Assembly (NCBI GenBank): GCA_030295235.1
Contig: AP026126.1
Coordinates: forward strand, 1,550,001-1,614,000
Source: Fistulifera solaris
Taxonomy: Eukaryota
Direction of reading: 5' to 3'
DNA: 64,000 nt
In this document: positions 45,616-56,391 of the stretch, piece by piece
Layout of the letters: each line of letters opens with the position of its first letter
Numbering within the stretch: position 1 is the stretch's first letter
The notes under the pieces: generated by a model
The model's input: the letters and a program-made list of their open reading frames with translations, nothing else
Database searches by the model: none
Told to the model about the DNA's origin: nothing
Program-made: the position numbers and the translations under genes

Positions 45616-47488
45616 TTAGTCACTGCCCGTTTGTTCCTTGCGTGCGATCTTGCGTGGTGGCAAAGCGATTGGCGGAGCACGAACCGATGCGCCTTCCTGC
45701 ACACCCCGTTGGTATTCGATCATGTAATCTAACGCGCCGCATTGACTCGCGAGCAAAGTAGCAACGGCTTCTGTTTGGGCGTGAGTTAGCGCTCCAATGC
45801 GACCCTTTCCACGTGTTCTCAATACATCATTCAAGACCGGGTCTGTGTCCTCGAGAGGAGGGCACTCTAAGCTGATACGTACCCGTATTTGCACCGGGAA
45901 GGGTGAGGACGTGGCCTTAGGGTTCTTGGAAAATGCAGTCGGCTCAATATTCATCCGTGCTGGTGTGAGGGCTTCAAAGATTCCAAAAAGTAACCGGTCA
46001 GTCACATTGAACAAGAATATGGTTGCACCAGGCTGGATGTTGGAAGCTGCTGCTTTCATATGAGCCGGAAGTCCAAATATACCCCGTCCCAAACATTCGT
46101 CCATAGTATCGGAACTGCAACCAAATATAAAGCCAGGACCAGGCATTGTTGGCCAGGCAAGTTCCTCTTCCCCGGGAGCCTTAAAGTCGAGCAAGTTTTC
46201 CGGTGGATCTGCTTCGCCAGTCCACGACTCATAAAGCGTCACTAGCGGAGCATTCCAAATTGCTTTCATCAGGGATTCACCAGTCTTCCAAGACATGTCT
46301 TGACAGTATTGCGTGGTGCTTGTTGGAAGAAGAAGATCAGGCGCAACTTCGAGAGCTGTTTCAATGGAGAGCTCTGTCGTCCGGTACCAGTCGACCTGAA
46401 TTCGATAGCTGAAGCTCGCCTCACCGTGGTCAGCTGACTTATGATAAACGGCAGCAGATTTCAGCATTGCGGCACCTTGAATATGCCGGCTGTCGCTCAC
46501 AGTAAAGAACAACATGACTTGCGTCTTGGCTTCAAACAACTCATTCAGTTTCGCAGCATGTTTGTGCTGGACATACCATTCACCACGAACCGTACTAAGT
46601 GCCAAGTCGCGTTGCGTTGCCGCCCTCACAATGAAAAACGATGCTTCTGAAGGCTCCAGGATCGGAATAGGCTTTCCTCCGCCACTTGCACCTCCTTCAT
46701 AGTACTCAATCGTTGTTTGGTCGACATTTGAAAACAAGTCCTCCGAGATCTCATTTGTCAGTGTTTCCGGCTCTTGTGTTTTCTTTGGGAACTGACGTAA
46801 CTCGGCTTCACCGTGAGCGAAGTGACAGCTGTCACCTATACGATTGATAAGAAAGGATCGGTTCAGAGCTGTAAGGGACACAATTCGCGGAAGCGTCGAG
46901 TAGCACAAAACTTACCGAAAGGACATTCACCGGCCATGAAATGCTTACAGAGACTAATCTTATAAAATTCATTTGGTTTTGGTGCAGGTCGACGGGCTAC
47001 CTCCTTGTTATTTGCTTGCATCTGTGTCAGTCCGACAGAAAAATCCGCCACTAACGGTAGATCTTCTCGTGGTCGTTTGGTGTGCTTGTAGCGACAAAAG
47101 GGCCATGAATGCAAAATCCAGATCTGTAAAAAGCGCATTCCATTCGGTTCTCTTCACTGATGTGACGAAACGGACAATCTTTGATTTTACAGCGATCGCC
47201 GTGACGGCAGATAGGCATTTTACTTAGATCGTATTGATGCAAAAATTCGCACGCCGCTCCTTTCATGCAAAGATCTCGTAGCCAATGACGACACACTACT
47301 GTACGAAGACGAGGATCATGCTTTGCACTCGTCAACACGGGTTCCTCGTCGGCATTCTCGTCCGCAAAAACCGAGCCCGTTTTTCGGTAGGGTAACGGAT
47401 CGAGCGTTTCCGGAATTCCATGTTCGAGTGCATAGTTTTCAAAGTCGTATTCAATCGTATTTGCGGTAATAAAGTCTTCTGTTAGCAT
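45616..47488 (-). CDS. CPSF30: CPSF30/CPSF4-like protein: three CCCH fingers + extra CCCH + YTH + DCD domain; intron 46836-46915; indel near 47097
   Basis: TVVCRHWLRDLCMKGAACEFLHQYDLSKMPIC; ECAFYRSGFCIHGPFCRYKH; CKHFMAGECPFG|DSCHFAHG; YTH-like FFIV...SxxRGEW..Q...KLNELF....VMLFFTV..SRHIQGAA; DCD-like GFIFGCSSDTMDECLGRGIFGLP...IQPGATIFLFN...LFGIFEA...FPVQIR. Confidence 0.85.
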
Positions 47489-47941
47489 CTTAAGATTCTA
47501 TCTGAATGAGAATTAATAACATTAAATAACAAAACAAATGAATACAGACAAATGCGAATGAATTTTTGTTATAAAGGTGAAGTCGTCAAAAACACAACCA
47601 CACAAATCACGATCATGGATCTCAAGAAGGTAAAGAACAACACCCGGGATTCCAACGTGGTCCCCCACCGTAGTACTAACCGGGCCTGACGATGCTTAAC
47701 TTCGCTGAGCAGACGGGAAGCGGTGCTGTCATCGAAGTATGGTCGTTCCTTCTTGTGAGGAGCAAAAGTAATTTATTATTAACTTTGTATAATACGACTC
47801 AGCTCCTAAATGCAATATCTGAGTTCTTGCCACTTGACACATATTTTGTTAGAGATTACGTTTTCGTTGACCCATAAGAATCTAGCCCTATGTTGCTATT
47901 TCGCTTTCAATAGCTTTCAACTATGTAGTATCTTAGTGTTA

Positions 47942-48938
47942 TTATCTCCGGTTATCGGGCGTGAAACTCATGTCTGCTAGTTCCAAAACCGTGGGCAGAT
48001 TTTGAATGGCCGTAAGGTACTCGAGATCATCTTCGTTCGTCTGGAAGATTTGATTCACCGAATGTTTAAACATCGGAATTATGGATGCTAACGGCTTTGT
48101 GGATGAATCGTCTTCGAACGCTGTCCCCCATCCACTTTCCTGCAGTTTGCCAAAGAAAAAACCCAAGGCGTCGCTTTCTGCGTCTTTCATCACTGGACTT
48201 TCCATTATATCCCACATTTCGTCAAACAGATGCGATCTTTCGTCACTGAAACCGTAGGCAGCAGGTGACATAATGAAGCGCAATAAGCTCCGTTTCCGTT
48301 TGGTTCCTTCTACTTGTTGTCGTATCGAAAATATCATCGCCCCGACGTCTTGTTTCGAGAAGCACTGTCGAACATCGGTATCTCCGCAATCAAATACAGC
48401 GCGTTCGACAGTGCGGATCAATGACACAATCCCAGTTTCAAAAAAAGAACTCGTACGTTTGACGTAATGCAAGTTGATGTTCCGAGGAACCTTTTTCCGG
48501 CCGCCGACTTGCCAAATAGTGAATTTGTACCGTCAACGTTAGCGATAATAGGGTATAAGAGTACAACGTTACCAGAAGACGAGTCAAGAAACGAGTGTGC
48601 AATACCTCCCATAATTCGTCTTGCTTTGCGGAATCGCCTGAATCAGCTCGTAATGCCTTCAACGCCTGTGTCGGTTCCTTGGTGGGAATTCGTTCTTCGA
48701 CAATTGTTCGAATGGTGGGTAAGAAACGACACAGCGTTCGCCTGACATCCATACGACAATTCCGCAAGCGAGTACGTCGGCCCTTCCAGTCATCTGTTTT
48801 CGTGTTATTGCTCGCACTACAATATTGATTCCAGGCCCAAGATCCCAACTGATACGCGCTGTAGGCCACCGCTGCCGTTGTCACGATGTTCGACATTGCA
48901 AATCTCCCCCTTCGTTTTTGCTGTTGCTCGTTTTCCAT
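47942..48938 (-). CDS. PEX3: Peroxin 3; apparent indel at A-run 48440-48446
   Basis: Basic N-terminus plus hydrophobic anchor; KQDELWEVL...FLTRLLVTLYSYTLL...VQIHYL; E.WDIMESP; KPLASIIP. Confidence 0.78.
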
Positions 48939-49332
48939 GATTTAATAATAATAAAGTGAGAAAGATCATGTAATACCGGGCAGCTACACGATATGGTTTT
49001 GTTTATAGAAAAAATAAGAGACGATTAGCGATAAGGTCGCTGCGACGACAAGGAAAAAACGAAAAACCTCGTCCGTTTCATAGGGTACTACCAGGTACTA
49101 CCGTAGCCGGTCTACCGGTAGGTTTGTGACGTATCGTATCGGTACTTAAGGGTAGTTTCATACATATTTCAGACTGTACCGTATACTCGCCCAAGTGTAC
49201 ACAATAACGTATGATGGACTGACGGTAATATGTTGTCACCGCGAGCCGCGAGCATCGATAGCATTTTTTTTCAGACAAAGAATGGGCCTCATTGTCACGC
49301 AATAGGTAATAGAAATAGGACACAAACACATC

Positions 49333-52099
49333 ATGCTCCGAAGGAGCGGAGAAACGGACCGAAAGGCAACACTATTCACTCCGGGAAGTCAGCGTAAGAG
49401 CCGATTGCGACGGAAAGCAAACGATGAAGAGATTGGACTGGTCACAACACCGTCGGACGTCGTAGAAAAGACGCCGTCCGCATCCGTCTCGCGACCCAAG
49501 AAAGTAGTCCGTCGGAAGACTAGTAATCCCACTAGGTCGAATGAGAGTATCTTGTCCATGACTTTCGCGATATTGACTCTGGTTTGTTGCTTTGCTTCAA
49601 TTATGACGGTCATGCTCTTTCTGTTAATGCACATCGAGACTCCAGATCTGCAAATGAAGGACTTATTGTATCAAGGCGAACACAGTCTTAAAGGAGTATT
49701 ACAGCGCAAAGAAAAGCAGTTAGTGGATGCCACCCAAAGCTTACTGGGTCATTCGCCGGGACTGCAGCGTGATATTCATTCAGGCCATGCCGTGCAAACC
49801 ATTCGGAAGGATGAGTCAAATGTTATTGATATGCGCGAATTGAATTATCAATTGCCATTTTCGAATGAGGATGGCGGTGTTTGGAAACAAGGTTGGGATG
49901 TTCAACCTGTTCTAGTTGATGCGGAGCACCCTTTGACGGTCTACGTCATTCCTCATAGCCATTGCGATCCGGGTTGGCTGAAAACATTTGATCAGTATTT
50001 TCAATCGCAAACCAAAAGCATCATTACCACTGTAGTGGATGCACTTGCCAAAGATAAGCGAAGAAAATTCATCTGGGCTGAAATATCATATTTTGCCTGG
50101 TGGTGGGAGGAACAAAATGAAAGTACACGACAACTGGTCAAACGGTTATTGAACGAAGGGCAACTGGAGTTTGTGACGGGCGGTTGGGTACAGCCAGACG
50201 AAGCCAATTCGGAATTGTATGCTATGGAAATACAGTTGCAGGAAGGACATACGTGGATTCGAGAGAACATAGGCGAGGAAGCTATCCCGAAATACGCATG
50301 GTCGATCGATCCCTTTGGTTATTCATCGTCGGCCGCTTGGCTCTGGCAAAAATACGGCTTTCGCGCCATGCTGATCCAGCGAGTGCATTATGCTATTAAA
50401 AAAGAGCTGGCTCGAAAGAAGCACCTTGAATTTTACTGGAGGCAAACGTGGGACGAGCATGGTGAGCACGATATTTTTACTCACGTCATGCCATTCTTCA
50501 GTTATGATATTCCGCATACTTGTGGACCCGACCCGTCTGTGTGCTGTCAATTTGACTTTAAGAGGGGGGAGAGGGCAATGTCCTTGGCGTAAGGATCCCA
50601 TTAGAGTGACGACTGAAAATGTTGCAGAGCGAGCTATGCTCCTTTGGGATCAATACAAGAAAAAAGCGGCTCTTTACCGCTCGAACACGGTGCTCGTACC
50701 TCTTGGTGACGACTTTCGTTATCAAACAGCCAAAGAAGCGGAAAGCCAATACGAAAATTACCAAATAATCTTCGACTATCTTAACAAGAATGTTCCCGGG
50801 GCCCACGTTCAGTTCGGAACTCTTTCTGACTACTTCAAAGACGTCATGGGTACTTTCGACACACCGTTGCTCAAGGGCTCATTTTTTACCTATGCTGATG
50901 TGAATGAAGATTACTGGTCTGGCTATTTCACTAGTCGTGCGTTTGATAAGGCACTCGATCGACAATTGGAGAGAGTGTTGTACGCTGCTGAAAGTATGGG
51001 AGGTTCATCGCATGAGTTACGTGGTCCTCGTCGTGAGCTGGCTTTGTTTCAGCACCATGACGGTGTAACAGGAACGGCGAAGACTAAGGTCGTGGAAGAC
51101 TATGCTCGAAGAATGTTTGGTGCCATCAATGAGACGCATGAGTGGATGTTAGCTTTCATCAAGAAATCTCAGACCACGTCGGTGAGCCGCTTTGGTGAGA
51201 CTTTGAAACCTTGCATATCTGCAAGTGAAGCACGCGATTTAAGCATAAATCATTGTTCCGGAGAAGTGCTCTTATACAATCCATTGGAATCTCCGCAGCG
51301 ATGTGCAGACACAACGATAGCAGGACGGTCATTTGCTTTAGGGTTCATACCTTGCGAAATTCCAGGAAATGTTGCTGGATCAAATACCGTCATTGAATTT
51401 GATCCCAAGACAGGGCTAATGACTGCTCCGTTTAAAGAACAATGGATGCTATGGAAAGTTAAAAGTGGAGGGGCGTATCTTTTCGTTCCAGGTACCCAAA
51501 TCCCTTACGATATGAAGAACATTACTGTCGAGAAAGAGGGCTTCGTAATCAATACAGAGAAGTGGAAACGATTCATAGTAGAAAAGGAAGTTCCCTCTGA
51601 ATATGGGACAAATGCCATCGTTATTGACTTCGTCTACGAAGTTAGCGTCGATATTGACAACGAAGAGTGGTTTGTTCGTTTTGGCGCCGATATTCAGAAC
51701 AATGGCTACTTTCACACGGATTTGAACGGCTTCAATTTTGATACACATCGTTTCAGATCTGACATGCCCATTCAAAGTCAAGTATTCCCAATGCCGACGT
51801 TAGCAAGCATCGACGACGACAACATGCGGCTAACAATCATATCGACGCACGCGCAGGGTACGGCATCTCTGGAAGATGGAACGATTGATGTATGGTTGGA
51901 CCGAAGACTACGACAAGACGATAACCGTGGGTTGGGGCAAGGCGTGCAAGATAACCGACTAACTCGGACGCGTTTTCGTGTCATTCTTGAATCAGGTGGC
52001 CATGACCACGCTGCCGAGTTTGACGTGAGCCCACTCGTCCGACGAATGTGGGATGAACTTCAGCATCCTCTTGAAATGTTTGGCCAAGTAACTTCGTAA
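49333..52099 (+). CDS. Golgi alpha-mannosidase II (GH38), type II membrane protein; indel at G-run 50564-50569
   Basis: N-terminal TM; GVWKQGW, PHSHCDPGWLKTF, FIWAEISY, WSIDPFGYS, HTCGPDPSVCCQFDF, VPLGDDF, LFQHHDGVTGT. Confidence 0.93.
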
Positions 52100-52225
52100 A
52101 ATTTTGTTGCGTGTCGACGTCCCGATCAAATCAAACCTATCCGTGGGATAAAGTTACTGCAACGTTGAGACTGCGTTGGCCTTATTAACACTTTATCTAG
52201 GCGTTGTATTTTTATCGGAGATCTT

Positions 52226-53245
52226 TTACGGCTCAAGAAATTCTTGGTCCGGCATCTCATCGCTACAGACTCGTTTTCTGGTACTGCAAGCTAGCACACA
52301 GGAAATTATCGAAGCCAAAGCAGAAATCACCCTTCCCGTCTTTTCCGCGAATACTCCCAAAAGTATCAGGACGATAAACATTCCAATCAGTATAGATTGC
52401 ATGTAATACGAATCTACCGAAAGCATAAGTTTCTTATGCTGTGACAGATTAGTAAGTTGATCTCTTGTCACGATCTGTCGCGTGCCCCACAATCCCAGTG
52501 TCGTGACTGAAACTGTTATGAAACACCAGAGGAGCAATAACGGTGGCGCTGACGTACACTTTTCATTGCTAGTACCGAGATGAAGCTCCATTAAAATGGG
52601 GAGCACGAAGAGTTGAGTGGTAGCACCGGTTAAAAGTCCTGACAAAGCTGCAATCATTCGATAGGTATTATGAAGAGATGCATCTATTGAGTCCGTGCAG
52701 TCGACGTCGCCGCGAAGACGCCGAACGCGAGCTGACGACTGAGATTGATTGAGCACAAACGCACAAAAAGATCCGTAGACAGTTAGTGTAGCCCCAACAA
52801 TCAGCGAACTTTGATGTGGTGTTGTCGTTGTATCAATCAACAACCACGTCATGGCCAGGGCTGATAACGCTCCTGCAATGTTGTAAGCCTCCATCTGAAA
52901 CAAAATTTCATCACGAGTGTTTGAGCGACGCAGGAAATATTTCTGCGCCGAAATGCCGACGAAAACTGCAATCAAAGTCAGAAAGCTCCATTCCAAGGAG
53001 AATACAATGATGGATGGGGTTGAACTGTTCAGGATACTGCCATCCCATTGAAGAATGTAAAGAAGAATTTGACTCGAGACAGCTAATATGGAGCCAGAAA
53101 TGAAGGATGCAATTTTGATAGTGGTGATGAACCTGGTTCTAGTCATTTCTTGATCGTGTGTCGACAAAAGCGGTTGCATAACTGCAACGTCTTCGCGAAT
53201 CATCTCCTCAATGAGAGGAGAGGATGTTGTCCATGGTTCTCTCAT
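52226..53245 (-). CDS. Multi-pass membrane protein with two diverged copies of the same 4-TM repeat as 41666-42748
   Basis: PLI and PLL motifs at the N-terminus; SGSILAVSSQ..IVFSLEWS..QMEAYNIAGAL...TW..D; second repeat SGLLTGATTQ..LLWC..VDSYYMQS.LIG. Confidence 0.7.
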   Translation of the reverse strand: MREPWTTSSPLIEEMIREDVAVMQPLLSTHDQEMTRTRFITTIKIASFISGSILAVSSQILLYILQWDGSILNSSTPSIIVFSLEWSFLTLIAVFVGISAQKYFLRRSNTRDEILFQMEAYNIAGALSALAMTWLLIDTTTTPHQSSLIVGATLTVYGSFCAFVLNQSQSSARVRRLRGDVDCTDSIDASLHNTYRMIAALSGLLTGATTQLFVLPILMELHLGTSNEKCTSAPPLLLLWCFITVSVTTLGLWGTRQIVTRDQLTNLSQHKKLMLSVDSYYMQSILIGMFIVLILLGVFAEKTGRVISALASIISCVLACSTRKRVCSDEMPDQEFLEP

Positions 53246-53275
53246 TGTCGCTCATAAGACGGAACGCATTGCATG

Positions 53276-53277
<2 letters not shown>

Positions 53278-53306
<29 letters not shown>
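53278..53306. repeat. (TC)n/(GA)n microsatellite, about 14 units
   Basis: tctctc... run directly upstream of the minus-strand ATG at 53245. Confidence 0.95.
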
Positions 53307-53308
<2 letters not shown>

Positions 53309-54549
53309 TTCCGAGTTTTCTCGAAGGGGAGCGAAAAAAAGTGAATTACCACGAACGCCTTTGAACTTCGCTTGGAACAATAATTAGGACATTTCGGAGT
53401 TGAACTCGAGGACTTGGAGAAGATGTTTCACATTTATAAGTAGAGTTTTGAATGAGGAAAAATAGTGCTGCTCCGACATTTTCAAAAAAAACGCTCCATC
53501 ACGCCTCACGCCACAACAAAACGCCAATCATCACACAGGGAAAATTCGAAGATCTCTGTGCTTGGCACGGCAGTATTGCAAGGTAATAGGCCTAAAACAA
53601 ACAAAAGCAATACAATTGTACATCACGAACGTAATTTTTCATTGGTGGTATAAGAGATTGAAGCTCACGGGGAATGTTTTTTTATAATAAACGCATTTCG
53701 TTTCTCGAAACTGAATTGGAACAAAAGTATTGTTTTGTCTTTGTTTTCTTAATCTGATTATTTCTTCAATTCCATGTTCCTCGGTTCTCGCGGTTTTCCA
53801 TGATTGGGGTGTCAAATTAATATCAGTTCTTTGTCGTCTTTTTCCTGTCGGAGACAGCGAACTAATGTTCCCAAGGGCGCCAATTGTAACTAGTAGCCAT
53901 ACATAAGCCAGATAATCAGATAATTTTCCAACGACACTATAAACGTTGTGAACCAGCACAGAGTGGCTATCACTCGAGGGAGTTATGTCCCTAGCGTTAA
54001 CTTGTATTGCCTACCAAGGCAAAGTTCTCCGAATAATTGTCTCTTCACTGCCTCGGTGTCGCCGCTGCTGAGAAATCGTTACACATCTAATGTCTAATGA
54101 CATGGTGCTAACTGAAGCGTCCATTTTACTATTTTACCTGAGGGGAAGAAAACTGTAAAAGGGTGTGTGGGTTGTGTATATTGTGTGTTGTGTGCTTCTT
54201 CTTTCTCCAACCTAATGTTGTGTTGGTGGACTGCTGCCTACAATTTAAGTAATACAAAAGATCTCATTTAGGCGATTCGAAAGTAAGTTTGGGCGCAAAA
54301 AAATTTATTTAGGCACCTTTCGATCATTTGTCTTTAAATACAATTATGAACATGAATAGCGTATACAACGAAGCAGTTTTTGAATTAATGATTTTGAAAA
54401 ATATCCAGCGCGGGCCGCTACTATTCCAGCTTGCGCGAAATGTCACGCCTCCGTCACGTCTCTCACTTTTTGGAAAACACACTCGAACCGAATAAAAAAA
54501 ATCATCCATCAATTCTCGCGGAACCCCTATCCAATTCATTTACGCTAAC

Positions 54550-55928
54550 ATGAAGATTATTTCTCTATTATCGCTTATCTTGATTGCTCCAGTGTTCTCC
54601 TACGAGAGCCGCGTTCTGGGCGATATCGAAATGCGTTTGGGCAGCACTTCGTCGTCGGACAAAAATGAACTGGTAAGAGACGCCTGAGTTGTTGCTGATC
54701 GGCTCATACTAAGCATTGTGGTGGCGACCAGTTGACTAGCACTACTTGGCGCTTGACATGGTGGATGTTGTGGTTTATTCCTCGTGGGTGATTGCTCACT
54801 TGTGTCTTTCAATTTCATTTATCTAATTATGCCACATGAATTGTTTTCTTCAATCAGCTATTTGAGATACTTACACTAACTGTAGGTTTCCTCGACGACA
54901 AACTTAGTCGGAGTTTCGCTGACGATAGCAGAGTTGAGTTCGATAAAGTTAGTCTATCTGCCATGTCATACGATATCACAGAGGTAAACGATGGGTATGT
55001 AGCGTCAATGACGCTCACCGGTCGTGCCTTTTTTATCGAGGGAACCTCTCCTTCACAGCAAGCAGTTATTGACTTGATAGCACAAATCTTTCAGGAGGAA
55101 AATCAAGACTATCTCGCGTCTCTTATGGTCTCCAGCAACCTATTCCTACAAGATACTCAGTATGCAATTGTGCGAGTGGATGGCAATGTGGTATCAGAGA
55201 ACCGTGGGCAAGTGGGCAATAACACCTTCAGCATGGAATCGTGGGTTGTTCTGCTTGTCGGGGGTGTTACTGGCTTTCTTGTTGTTTTGACGGTTTGTCT
55301 TTTGTGGTATTGTTGCTCTTACGTGAGCTCAGAGGAGCCAGACGCTGTTGTCCGCAAGACCCCTTCAAAAGCAACCAAAAATACTACCGAAGAGGACGAG
55401 TCGCTCAACGAACAATCACAAACGCCTTCTCCAGTGCGGAGCATTTCATCGCAAGATTCTTCCGTATTCACTTACAACCCCAAGTCCTCCAAATCTGTTG
55501 ATTCCAAGACATTCGGTTCATTCTTGACTAACAACACCGGCAACGAAATCGACGTTGAAGCCTGGCAGAAAGGATCTAAGGTTCCCAAGGACAATTCAAT
55601 CTTTGGAAATGATATTTCTGCAATTGAGAATAAGAAAGATTTGTCTTTGATTGAAGAGGGCAGCGACGAAGAAAATACGCCTGATAAACGCCGACCGGGT
55701 GCATCGTACCTAACCAAGTATCCGCAGGGAAACCTGCAAGCAGCACGACAATCTGCCGGATCTCAAATCAACAGCATCAGACAATCATCTTCCTCGTCTT
55801 TATCGATTTCGTCTTCGTCGTCCCGTGCAAATAAGAGATGGAACATCGACCTGGAAGCCGACGCCGAGGAGCTCATAAATGATCTCAAGGATCTTAGCGT
55901 GCAGATCAATCGATACAGGAATGCCTAG
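54550..55928 (+). CDS. Type I membrane protein (signal peptide, lumenal domain, TM, S-rich cytosolic tail); intron 54673-54857
   Basis: MKIISLLSLILIAPVFS signal peptide; phase-0 GTAAGA...ATCAG intron rejoins the 54963 frame; TM WVVLLVGG...LLWYCC. Confidence 0.75.
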
Positions 55929-56391
55929 TCCTTCTTTAAATTGTTCTTTTTTATAAATCATCACAGTTTACACCTTGTTTTGTATGTGTACTATATTCCA
56001 TTCGAACTAAGATAACTGAGAATCATTGTACTGCTACCATACGTAGAGCATGGAGCTACATCTCACTAAGGTTAAGAATCGTCATCGTGTTATACGGCAC
56101 TCGACGTTGTATTTATTCGACAGGAGTCGACTTATCCATACATACATACATGTATACAAACCAGCATTACTTAGGATATGTGACGTAGCTGTATTTGCGT
56201 AAACCCGTTCCGTTGATAAATTGCATCTATGTATAACATTCCTTTATGCCGCGAACAGGCTATGAACGCGTGCCCACCTTCACCTTTTCACCTCTGCCTT
56301 TTACAAGGTACATTGTACTGATCCGTGTTGCCTTTCCTAGTGAATGATCAAGCTTCATCTTTCATCAAGCCAACATTTTCTAACTTAACAA

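Noticed and set aside
53310..54540. Possible gene or mobile element in the 1.2 kb AT-rich divergent intergenic region
   Set aside because: Only short motif-free ORFs; no terminal inverted repeats, LTRs or transposase/RT motifs seen.
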